From contig CAZDEP010000001.1 in the NCBI GenBank assembly GCA_964504715.1, forward strand, positions 97,842-161,841: a DNA stretch of 64,000 nucleotides. Direction: 5' to 3'. A model generated the notes under the pieces. It searched no databases. It saw only the letters and a program-made list of their open reading frames with translations, and was not told the origin of the DNA. This document shows, piece by piece, positions 46,341 through 54,862 of this stretch. A program made the position numbers and the translations under genes. Positions within the stretch are counted from its first letter, which is position 1. Every line of letters starts with the position of its first letter. The DNA comes from an uncultured Candidatus Saccharibacteria bacterium (GTDB lineage Bacteria; Patescibacteriota; Doudnabacteria; UBA920).

Positions 46341-47720
46341 ATGATCAAACTTTACAATACCCTGTCCCGTAAAACTGAAGAGTTTAAACCCATCAGCAAA
46401 GGAAAAGTCGGGCTTTACACATGCGGGCCCACGGTTTACGACTTTGCCCATATTGGAAATTTAAGGACTTATATTTTTGAAGACCTGCTTCATCGCGTTT
46501 TGGAATATAACGGCTACACGGTGGATCACGGTATGAATATTACCGATGTGGGGCATTTGGTCGGCGACGGGGACGAGGGCGAGGACAAATTGGAAGTCGG
46601 CGCCAAGCGCGAGGGCAAATCCCCTCTGGAGATTGCCAAGTTCTACACGGACAAGTTTTTCGCCGACATGGATGAATTAAATATTATCCGGCCCAACCAA
46701 ATTTTGTCCGCTACCCAGAGCATTCCTGAGCAGATAAAAATAATTAAAATTCTGGAAGAAAAAGGCTTTGCTTACAAAGGAGATCAAGCCGTATATTTTG
46801 ATACTTCCAAATTCCCCGACTACGGCAAACTTTCCGGTCAGAAATTAAATGAAAAGAAAGTCGGGGTGCGCGAAGAAGTAATAATCGACAAAGACAAGAA
46901 AAATCCGGCCGATTTTGCCTTGTGGTTCTTTTTGGCCGGGCGATATAAAAATCACATTTTGCACTGGCCTAGTCCCTGGGGCGAAGGCTTTCCGGGCTGG
47001 CATATAGAATGTTCCGCAATTTCACGAAAACTTTTGGGCCAGCCGTTTGACATACACTGCGGCGGCGTGGACCACATTGGCACCCACCACACCAACGAAA
47101 TTGCGCAAAGCGAAGCCGCGTTCGGCGCTCCCCTTGCGAATATTTGGATGCATGGGGAATTTTTGCTAGTGAACGCGTCACGCATGGGCAAAAGCGAAGG
47201 CAACCTGCTCACTTTGGATGAATTAAAAAAGCGCGGGTTTGACCCGCTTGATTATCGCTACATGTGCTTGCAAGCCCATTACCGGACGCAGTTGAATTTT
47301 ACGTGGGAAACCTTGCAGTCCGCTCATAATGCCCTGGGAAGACTAAGATCGCAAATCGCAAAATTTAATAGTGACCATAGCTCGTCAGATCCAAAAATTT
47401 TCGAACAAGCTTTTTTGGAAGCGATAAATGATGATTTGAATATGCCCAAAGCTCTTGCTCTGCTCTGGGATTTTGCCAATAAAGTTGACGGCCGTCAATT
47501 TTATAAAAAATTGGATAAGGTGCTGGGACTGGATTTATTTAAAGTCGAGTCGGAAGATTATCCCGACAGCCTTAAAGGCTTAATTGAGCAAAGGCAGACA
47601 GCAAAAAACCTCAAAGACTTTGCTAAGTCCGATGACCTTAGAAAGCAAATTGAAGTTTTGGGGTATGTAGTTTCGGATACGCCGGAAGGCCAAAAGATTA
47701 AAAAGAAAATTAGTATTTAA
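46341..47720 (+). CDS. cysS: Cysteinyl-tRNA synthetase
   Basis: HIGH variant FAHIGNLRTY, KMSKS variant RMGKSEGN, zinc-binding Cys. Confidence 0.95.
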   Translation: MIKLYNTLSRKTEEFKPISKGKVGLYTCGPTVYDFAHIGNLRTYIFEDLLHRVLEYNGYTVDHGMNITDVGHLVGDGDEGEDKLEVGAKREGKSPLEIAKFYTDKFFADMDELNIIRPNQILSATQSIPEQIKIIKILEEKGFAYKGDQAVYFDTSKFPDYGKLSGQKLNEKKVGVREEVIIDKDKKNPADFALWFFLAGRYKNHILHWPSPWGEGFPGWHIECSAISRKLLGQPFDIHCGGVDHIGTHHTNEIAQSEAAFGAPLANIWMHGEFLLVNASRMGKSEGNLLTLDELKKRGFDPLDYRYMCLQAHYRTQLNFTWETLQSAHNALGRLRSQIAKFNSDHSSSDPKIFEQAFLEAINDDLNMPKALALLWDFANKVDGRQFYKKLDKVLGLDLFKVESEDYPDSLKGLIEQRQTAKNLKDFAKSDDLRKQIEVLGYVVSDTPEGQKIKKKISI

Positions 47721-47899
47721 TATCCCCTAATTTTCCCCATCTTAAGCATAAAATACCCTTATTTAAGGGTATTTTATGCTATTTAATCATATTTAGTTTT
47801 AGGTTATAATAGTTAAGCAATCTAACTAAATATTTTCAACCTCTCTGTCCGCCTGAGGCGGGACATCTCCCCAGGGGAGAATATTATCGGAATCAAATT

Positions 47900-49288
47900 A
47901 TGAATACTGGAATTAATCTACGTACCCCGCCACAGAATACCGAAGCCGAAGCCGCGCTTTTGGGCTGTTTAATGCTCGACAAGGACGCCTGGGTTAAGGT
48001 GGCCGACCTTTTAGAGGCGGACGATTTTTACGACCCCAAGCATCAGGTTATTTACGCGGCCATTACCGAGTTGTTTGCAAAAAATACGGCGATAGATATT
48101 TTGACCGTGACCAATTCCCTGGAAGAAAAGCAGCAGACCGAAAAAGCCGGCGGCGCGGCGTATTTGTCCGAGCTGGTGGCCGGCGTGCCAAGTTCTGGCA
48201 ATGTGGTGTATTACGCGGAAATTGTTAGGAAGAAAGGCACCTTAAGAAAACTCATAAGCGCTACCAATCAGGTGACAGATTTGGCTTATAAGGAAGAAGG
48301 AGCCGTGGAAGACATATTGGACCAGGCGGAACAAAAACTCTTTGGCGTCTCGCAAAAGCATTTAAAGCAGCAGTTTGTCCCGATTTCTTCCGTCTTGCAT
48401 TCCACCTTTGAAAGAATAGACGAGCTGCACAGGGAAAAGGGCAAATTAAGGGGCATATCAACGGGCTATGTGGATTTGGACGGACTTTTGGGCGGCTTGC
48501 AAAAATCCGACCTCGTGGTTTTAGCCGCGCGGCCTTCCATGGGAAAAACTTCCCTGGCTTTGGACATAATGCGCCATGTGGCGGTTGACTTAAAAAAACC
48601 CGTGGGTATTTTTTCTTTGGAAATGAGCAAAGACCAGCTGGTAGACCGCTTGCTTTCCGCCCAAAGCGAAGTTAATTTGTGGAAAATCCGCACCGGACAC
48701 TTAAACGACGAAGACTTTGCACAGATCGGCGAAGCTATGGGCCTTTTGTCCGAAGCGCCGCTTTATATAGACGATGCTGCGGGCAGCAACATTATGGAAG
48801 TTCGGACCAAGGCGAGGAGGCTTCAGGCGGAGGCGGATTTGTCTCTAATAGTAGTGGACTATTTACAGCTTATGGAAGGCCGGAATCAGGAAAACCGCGT
48901 GCAGGAAGTTTCCGAAATTTCCCGCTCCTTAAAGCTCTTGGCCCGTGAACTGAATGTACCTGTGCTTGCGCTTTCGCAGCTGTCGCGCGGCGTGGAAAAT
49001 CGTCCCGACAAAGTCCCCCAGCTTGCCGACTTGCGCGAATCCGGTTCCATTGAACAGGATGCCGACGTGGTGATGTTTATTTACCGCGAAGATATGTACA
49101 AGGGCAAAGATTCCCGCCGGCCCAACATTGCCGAAATCCACATTAAAAAACACCGTAACGGCCCCACGGGGCAGGTTGATTTGTTTTTTGACCAGGACCG
49201 GACATCTTTCAAAAATTTAGACAAGACGTTTGATGTGAGTCCGTCCGCGGTTATGCAAAGCGTGGCAGGAGAGCAAGGAAATATATAA
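47900..49288 (+). CDS. dnaB: Replicative DNA helicase
   Basis: N-terminal DnaB domain, Walker A ARPSMGKTS, RecA-like C-terminal domain. Confidence 0.95.
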   Translation: MNTGINLRTPPQNTEAEAALLGCLMLDKDAWVKVADLLEADDFYDPKHQVIYAAITELFAKNTAIDILTVTNSLEEKQQTEKAGGAAYLSELVAGVPSSGNVVYYAEIVRKKGTLRKLISATNQVTDLAYKEEGAVEDILDQAEQKLFGVSQKHLKQQFVPISSVLHSTFERIDELHREKGKLRGISTGYVDLDGLLGGLQKSDLVVLAARPSMGKTSLALDIMRHVAVDLKKPVGIFSLEMSKDQLVDRLLSAQSEVNLWKIRTGHLNDEDFAQIGEAMGLLSEAPLYIDDAAGSNIMEVRTKARRLQAEADLSLIVVDYLQLMEGRNQENRVQEVSEISRSLKLLARELNVPVLALSQLSRGVENRPDKVPQLADLRESGSIEQDADVVMFIYREDMYKGKDSRRPNIAEIHIKKHRNGPTGQVDLFFDQDRTSFKNLDKTFDVSPSAVMQSVAGEQGNI

Positions 49289-49289
49289 A

Positions 49290-49380
49290 ATTCGAATTTT
49301 CAAATTTGAAAAATATTTAATTTAGAAATTAAATTTATTAATTTTTTGGATTTCGAATTTCGCACTTCGGATTTATTTTA
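49290..49380 (+). repeat. Leader element of TTCGAA/TTCAAA/TTTGAAA units and inverted copies, abutting the recR start
   Basis: aaattcgaattttcaaatttgaaaaa ... ggatttcgaatttcgcacttcggattt. Confidence 0.45.
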
Positions 49381-50025
49381 ATGACTAAATTACCAAACAG
49401 TTTACAAAAGTTGATAAATGAGTTAAGCAAACTCCCCGGAATTGGGCCAAAAACCGCCCAGCGACTGGCCTTTTATTTGCTTAAAAGGGATAACATAGAC
49501 AATTCCGCGCTGACTCAGGCCTTAAACGAACTTAAGGGCGGAGTGGTTTTTTGTTCCATTTGCCACAATATGGTCGAAAGCGACCCTTGCATAACTTGCA
49601 CTGACCAAACCCGGGACGCTTCCCTTTTGTGCGTGGTGGAAGAGCCTTTGGACGCTTTGGCAATAGACAAAACCGGCAAGTTTAAGGGCAGGTACCATGT
49701 GCTGGGCGGGGTCTTAAATCCCATGGAAGGCATAGGGCCCGAGCAATTAAAAATAGATTCATTATTAGGGCGGATCAGCGCCGGTCGAGAAGATGACCCT
49801 CTCGCCGCGAGAGGGTCATCTTCTCCGGTTATGGAAATTATTATTGCCACCAACCCCAGTTTGGAGGGAGAAGCCACAGCCATGCACTTATCTAAAATTA
49901 TTAAGCAAGCAAACCCGGAGATAAAAATTACCCGCATTGCGCGCGGCCTGCCAATGGGCGGCGACCTGGAATACGCCGACGACATAACCCTCATGCGCGC
50001 CTTGGAAGGCCGAAGGGAATATTAA
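49381..50025 (+). CDS. recR: Recombination protein RecR, carrying a 13-aa in-frame insertion encoded by a perfect palindrome
   Basis: HhH motif, C4 zinc finger (CSICHN...CITC), Toprim domain. Insert AGREDDPLAARGSSSP between GIGPEQ and the Toprim ATNPSLEGEAT. Confidence 0.9.
   Translation: MTKLPNSLQKLINELSKLPGIGPKTAQRLAFYLLKRDNIDNSALTQALNELKGGVVFCSICHNMVESDPCITCTDQTRDASLLCVVEEPLDALAIDKTGKFKGRYHVLGGVLNPMEGIGPEQLKIDSLLGRISAGREDDPLAARGSSSPVMEIIIATNPSLEGEATAMHLSKIIKQANPEIKITRIARGLPMGGDLEYADDITLMRALEGRREY
49787..49825 (+). repeat. 39-nt perfect palindrome (GAGAAGATGACCCTCTCG-CCG-CGAGAGGGTCATCTTCTC) inserted in frame in recR
   Basis: Seen directly. Length is a multiple of 3. Flanked by ccgg..cgg. 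Resembles the GC-centred palindromes at 31169 and 58306. Confidence 0.7.
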
Positions 50026-50172
50026 AAAATATTTTATGAATGAATTTCAACACAGCTTTGTCGAACGCAAAGATGTGCCCAAGCGAATTATTATAGAATT
50101 GGAGCCAATGAGACAAACGGTTTTTTAAAACAATATAAAAGAGGCCTGCCTTCCGACGCCGAATATCACATC

Positions 50173-50727
50173 GTGAATGTGGACTACGATATACTGCCGA
50201 ACGAACAAAAAAATGAAAACCCGATCCCTTTTGCCAATAATAGCGTAGACGAGGCGGTAATGAGCAACGTGCTGAGCGATACTCCCTATTTGGATTTTGA
50301 ATTAGTAGATCCCGCAACGAAAGATAGATTGCGTGCATTTTGGCAGAGCATTGGAAGTAAAGGGGCTATTGAATCGCAGTCATATGATGAAATTTTAGAC
50401 GATATTGCTGTCTTCCAAAAAATGAGAACAATAGACGATATTTTGCGCGTTTTAAAAGAAGGTGGAATGCTTAGGATTTACGAAAACTACAATCATGCCC
50501 GTCCCAATGCCTATATTAAAGTTATTGAACAGCTGCAAAAGAAAGAAGGGATAGATTTTGTGGAAGATGATGAGGAGGAAAAAAGAATTGATCCTCTGCT
50601 AAAAAAAGAGAACGGCGAATATTTGGAAGAGAGAAGAAAATATTCAAACCCTCGAGGACTCGAAGATTATGTGCCAAGGCTCCATAATAAAGTTTATAAG
50701 ATAATAAAGAAAACCAATGAATTTTAA
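50173..50727 (+). CDS. Hypothetical acidic protein (GTG start; possibly frameshifted continuation of a 30-codon ORF at 50036-50128)
   Basis: No recognisable motif. Its frame is open from 50044 and overlaps an ATG-initiated 30-codon ORF in another frame. Confidence 0.4.
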   Translation: MNVDYDILPNEQKNENPIPFANNSVDEAVMSNVLSDTPYLDFELVDPATKDRLRAFWQSIGSKGAIESQSYDEILDDIAVFQKMRTIDDILRVLKEGGMLRIYENYNHARPNAYIKVIEQLQKKEGIDFVEDDEEEKRIDPLLKKENGEYLEERRKYSNPRGLEDYVPRLHNKVYKIIKKTNEF

Positions 50728-51109
50728 AGGACATAGGCCACGAAGCTCATCGGAGTATCATGAAAGGCCAAAGAAAATTAAGATCACTAAAATCCCGCCC
50801 GGCGATTTGCCCGAAAATATCAGAGAGCAGTGGGTGGGTGTTGTTATTCCGCTTGCGCCTTTAGATGAACGGCTAAGGTACACAACCGGAGTTGAGTTGG
50901 GGGAACCCCAAAACCAAAATGGCTTTGAAGTTTTGGCCACTGAGGCTATTGCAGCCTTGCTAAAAAAATGTGAAGAACTTCAAAAAAATGGAGATGACGC
51001 AGCTTATGAAAAAGCCCACCAGGCGTGGCAAGCCTGGCTTAATTCATATTGGAATCGTGAAGGCATTAGGCTGGAGTTTAAAAGAGATTGCTGCGTTATT
51101 GTAGAATAA
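50717..51109 (+). CDS. Hypothetical protein, translationally coupled to the preceding ORF
   Basis: 11-nt overlap with the 50173 ORF. Basic N-terminus, then helical. Confidence 0.4.
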   Translation: MNFKGHRPRSSSEYHERPKKIKITKIPPGDLPENIREQWVGVVIPLAPLDERLRYTTGVELGEPQNQNGFEVLATEAIAALLKKCEELQKNGDDAAYEKAHQAWQAWLNSYWNREGIRLEFKRDCCVIVE

Positions 51110-51145
51110 AAAAACGTCCCGCTTACAGCGGGACGTTTTTTTATA
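51110..51145. terminator. Intrinsic terminator with conserved core CCCGCTTACAGCGGG (third member of a recurrent hairpin family)
   Basis: aaaaaaacgtcccgcttacagcgggacgttttttt. Same apical sequence as 2108-2141 and 26165-26196, with co-varying stem extensions. Confidence 0.65.
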
Positions 51146-51446
51146 TCTTGGTTATTTCAACTTCGGTGAAACTTTGCCTGTGGCCTATGGTCCTTCTGTA
51201 TTTGGATTTAGATTTGTATTTAAAGACCCTGACCTTGTCTCCCCTGCCCTGCTTTAAGACCTTGCCTTCTACTTTGGCGCCGGAAACAAAGGGCTTGCCC
51301 AAGTTTACGTCTGTGCCGTTTGAGGTCAAAAGTACCTGGTCAAAATTTATGGTTGAGCCGGCTTCGCCGCTGAGTTTTTCCACCTGGATTTTGTCGCCTT
51401 TTTTTACCAAGTATTGCTTGCCGCCTGTTTGAATGATTGCTAACAT
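51141..51446 (-). CDS. rplU: 50S ribosomal protein L21
   Basis: MLAIIQTGGKQYLVKKGDKIQVEKL, 101 aa. No adjacent rpmA. Confidence 0.9.
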   Translation of the reverse strand: MLAIIQTGGKQYLVKKGDKIQVEKLSGEAGSTINFDQVLLTSNGTDVNLGKPFVSGAKVEGKVLKQGRGDKVRVFKYKSKSKYRRTIGHRQSFTEVEITKI

Positions 51447-51531
51447 AAAATTTAATTTACGAGCGGAATCGAGAAGTTAAAATTTAAAGATTGTTCTCGA
51501 CAGGCTCGAACAATATGTATTTAAATAACTG

Positions 51532-52677
51532 TTATATTTTATCACTTTTTGATTTGGAAGTCAATCCCCCATCTTTTGCACCATCAAATAAATCGGGAAT
51601 ATGGGGGTGTTCGCGTTTATAAATAATGACCGTGGCCAGAGCCATGAATATCATTAAACAAAAGAGCAAAACCAGGGCAATCAGTTTGCCCAAGCTCTGT
51701 AAAAATACAGCCGTAAAGCCGAAAAAGGCACTTATTGCGTAAAGGGTCAAAACAGCCTGTTTTTGGCTGAAGCCAATATCTAAAAGCCGGTAGTGCAAAT
51801 GCCTTCGGTCGCCGGAAAAAGGGCTGCTGCGGTAAAAAATACGCCTAATAATTACCCAGGCGACATCTAAAATGGGGATGCCCATAACCAAAAGCGCGGT
51901 GGCGATTTTCGCACCCAAAATTACGGCAAGTACGCCTAAGGTAAAGCCAATAAAGGTGCTGCCGCCTTCCCCCAAAAATATTCGCGCAGGGTGAAAATTG
52001 TAAATGAGAAAACCGACCAGCGCGCCCGCAAGCATTATGGCCAGGGTTGCCGTCATGGGTTGGTTAACTTTTTCAGTCAGGGAAACGGCGAATATCGCAA
52101 ACGCGCCAATGCAGCCTACGCCGGAAGTAAGGCCGTCCAGTCCGTCTAAAAATTTGGTCGTATAAATCATGCCCATTAACCACAGCCATATAAGCAGGGC
52201 TGAAATTTCCAATTTCCATCCGCCGGCCGCCGGACCAATTTGCAAGAAATAGTCAATATTAATGGGTGCGCCGAAGGGATTGCTTAAGAACTTAATCCCA
52301 ACGCCAATCCCGGCCACGACCACCACTAAAGATGCGAGTGCGGGGAAAAGCCAGGTGAGTTTGGGCGGCAAGTTATATTTGTCGTCCAAAATTCCGCCAA
52401 AAATAAGTAAGGCTCCCCCAGCAGCGGTAGCTAAAAAGAATTTTAACGGGATGATGTTAAAATCCACCTCGCCTGCGAATAAATAAACTGCCATTGAAAT
52501 GCAAAAAGCAAAAAATACCGCACTGCCCCCAATAAGCGGAGTCGGGTTTGGGTGGATTTTCCGGGGCGCGGAATTTGGGTAGTCTAAAATTTTAAACTTA
52601 AAAGCGAGACGTCTGACCAGGGCAGTAAAGAGGGTGGATAAGGCTACTGCCCAAAAAAACCAAAAAAAATAAGACAT
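51532..52677 (-). CDS. Polyprenyl-phosphate N-acetylhexosamine-1-phosphate transferase (GT4 MraY/WecA family)
   Basis: FLDGLDGLTSGV, PARIFLGEGGSTFIGF, RRHLHYRL motifs. About 10 TM helices. MraY versus WecA cannot be resolved by eye. Confidence 0.75.
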   Translation of the reverse strand: MSYFFWFFWAVALSTLFTALVRRLAFKFKILDYPNSAPRKIHPNPTPLIGGSAVFFAFCISMAVYLFAGEVDFNIIPLKFFLATAAGGALLIFGGILDDKYNLPPKLTWLFPALASLVVVVAGIGVGIKFLSNPFGAPINIDYFLQIGPAAGGWKLEISALLIWLWLMGMIYTTKFLDGLDGLTSGVGCIGAFAIFAVSLTEKVNQPMTATLAIMLAGALVGFLIYNFHPARIFLGEGGSTFIGFTLGVLAVILGAKIATALLVMGIPILDVAWVIIRRIFYRSSPFSGDRRHLHYRLLDIGFSQKQAVLTLYAISAFFGFTAVFLQSLGKLIALVLLFCLMIFMALATVIIYKREHPHIPDLFDGAKDGGLTSKSKSDKI

Positions 52678-52801
52678 AAAATAGATTTCAAATATTTGAT
52701 TTCAAAGGAATGCCCAATGCTTCAATTTAAAATGTGAAATTTGTCGTCCCTGCGGGACATCTGTGGTAGGTACAACCGAAGGCATGATAATCGGACATTT
52801 T

Positions 52802-54454
52802 TTATTCGCCGCCTTCGGCGGTTTGCATCTCCTTCATTGTTAGCGCGGTGTTTTCCCCTTTCCTGGCCTTGGGGGTTACCCAAAACTCCAGGTATTTTCC
52901 AAACATAAGCCTGGTTTGGGCTTCAATGGCCGGTAGGCTGTGAAAAAGCACGGCGGAAATAGGCACCAAAAACCATTGGAGGTACATGGAAATGGTTCTC
53001 CATGGGCCGTATTTGCGGGGCCTCGGGGGCAGCAGGATAAGGTTTACGTACACGCTGAAAATTAAAAACACCAGCGCCACACGCATAAGCGTCTGAGTGA
53101 CATAAGGCAAGTTAAAAGCCACCACGCTCTGCAAGAACTCTCGGCCGCCGACAATTAACGGCAGCCAGCCAAGCACGGCTATCATAATGCTGGCCGTGGC
53201 CCAAGTAAAGTTAGTTTCCACATATTGGTACAATTTGTAGATTTTCCAATATAGCGGTGTTTTGCTTTTTATTAGGGGCCAAATAAGATGCGGATAATAC
53301 TCTACGTTGTAAGCCCAGCGCCTTTTTTGCTTGTATTGGTTTATGAAAGTTTGCCATGTGGTTTCAGCCAAGCAGGTGTCCAAAGAGACAGGCAAAAACA
53401 GCGGGATAACCCGATAGTCGCCGTTATAGTGCAGGAAACACTGCCAATAAATAAACTCATCTTCATTGACAATATCTTTTTTCCAAAAACCGACTTCTTT
53501 TAAAGCCTTTAAAGTCATGGTGTGGGAAGAAAAAGTCTTGAGCCTGTCCGGGCGGCTGCTTTCGGTAAATTGCCAGGAAGATATGGTTATTACACGGATT
53601 AACGCGGGGCTGTCCCAAATGTTATTATTGTAAATGGCAATGGGCTGGAAGCTGGAACGGTATGGTTTTTCGGAAGTTAAAAATTCGTACATGACCCGGC
53701 CGAAATATTCCGGATGAATAATTGTGTCGGAATCAAAGTTGGAAACTAAAACCTTATCTTCCTCTATACCCAGTTTGGCGAGTTCAGGCAAAATTTGCTT
53801 GATTGAATAAGTGGCGTTGGCACTCTTGCCGCGGATCTCACCCTCCAAACCGTCCGGATGAACAGTATAAAATACTTTATGAAAGGTTTTTTGATAATTT
53901 TCCATAACCTGCTTGGCGGTGCCAGTTGCCGCCAAGCCGGCCCTTTCTTCACCCGCAAGCAGGAGAATAATTTTGTCTTTCGGGTAATGGCAATTGGCCA
54001 GGGCGCTAATGGAGGAGTTTAAGACTTCCGCGCTTTCATGGACAAAAGGTAATAGAACAACATGGTAATAGTTTTCAAGTGGCCAAATTTCCCGCCCCCT
54101 AGACAGGAGATTTTGCAGTCTTTTGATTTCTTGGTTCAAATAACGCCGTTCGCTATAGCTTTTAGCTTGCCTGCTTTCCAAAAATTCAATGAATTTCGGC
54201 AGATCGCTTAGCCTTTGCGCGTAATCCAGCCAGTTTATTTTGACCATGAATTTAAAGCGCAAATAACTGGATATAAGATGGATGGCGCCGTTAATGGCGC
54301 GCAAAAGCCAGTAAAAATCAAAACAAATTATAAAAAGCGCAGCCCAAATCGGCTTTGTAAAGGAAAGAATTATTGCAAAAATAAATACGGCCCAGAACTG
54401 GAGTCCGGGCAGGATTTCCCAAAACCTTTCTGTACGGCTTCGTTTTCTGAACAT
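52802..54454 (-). CDS. Processive family-2 glycosyltransferase (cellulose/chitin/PNAG-synthase-like), membrane-embedded
   Basis: DxD-type SNFDSDT and QxxRW motif (QKRRW), with N- and C-terminal TM bundles. Confidence 0.65.
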   Translation of the reverse strand: MFRKRSRTERFWEILPGLQFWAVFIFAIILSFTKPIWAALFIICFDFYWLLRAINGAIHLISSYLRFKFMVKINWLDYAQRLSDLPKFIEFLESRQAKSYSERRYLNQEIKRLQNLLSRGREIWPLENYYHVVLLPFVHESAEVLNSSISALANCHYPKDKIILLLAGEERAGLAATGTAKQVMENYQKTFHKVFYTVHPDGLEGEIRGKSANATYSIKQILPELAKLGIEEDKVLVSNFDSDTIIHPEYFGRVMYEFLTSEKPYRSSFQPIAIYNNNIWDSPALIRVITISSWQFTESSRPDRLKTFSSHTMTLKALKEVGFWKKDIVNEDEFIYWQCFLHYNGDYRVIPLFLPVSLDTCLAETTWQTFINQYKQKRRWAYNVEYYPHLIWPLIKSKTPLYWKIYKLYQYVETNFTWATASIMIAVLGWLPLIVGGREFLQSVVAFNLPYVTQTLMRVALVFLIFSVYVNLILLPPRPRKYGPWRTISMYLQWFLVPISAVLFHSLPAIEAQTRLMFGKYLEFWVTPKARKGENTALTMKEMQTAEGGE

Positions 54455-54462
54455 AAAAAAAA

Positions 54463-54810
54463 TTAATTTTGGGCAGCCAGAAGAATTAGGCTAAGCAATA
54501 CCAAAAGTTGAAAAAAGAGCGTGCCGGCGGCAATCGCGCGCGGCAGGAATTCTTCAGGTTCCCCCAGCTTTCGGTATATGGCAATGTTAAGTATGCTAAC
54601 AGCCAAAGCCAGCAAAGGCAGTGAGTATAAATTGGAGCCATTTCCATACCAAATTACTCCCGAATGCACGGTATATTTTAAGGCCACATTTTCGCCTTTA
54701 AGCCCATCTTTGAAAACAACTAATAAAAATGTTATAATATTAATCAAGAAAGAAGAAATCCACAGAAACAAAAAATCGCTTAGTTTTGAGGGGAAATATT
54801 TAAATTTCAT
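54463..54810 (-). CDS. Small 4-TM membrane protein in the glycosylation cluster
   Basis: 115 aa, hydrophobic. No motif; function unknown. Confidence 0.4.
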   Translation of the reverse strand: MKFKYFPSKLSDFLFLWISSFLINIITFLLVVFKDGLKGENVALKYTVHSGVIWYGNGSNLYSLPLLALAVSILNIAIYRKLGEPEEFLPRAIAAGTLFFQLLVLLSLILLAAQN

Positions 54811-54862
54811 AAAAGTATCTAAATAATTATACCGAAAAAGAGCGGTTTAAGCAAAGGCACAC

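Noticed and set aside
54463-54810. GtrA flippase assignment for the small membrane protein in the glycosylation cluster
   Set aside because: Size and TM count fit, but the sequence does not resemble GtrA-family consensus. Kept as a hypothetical membrane protein.
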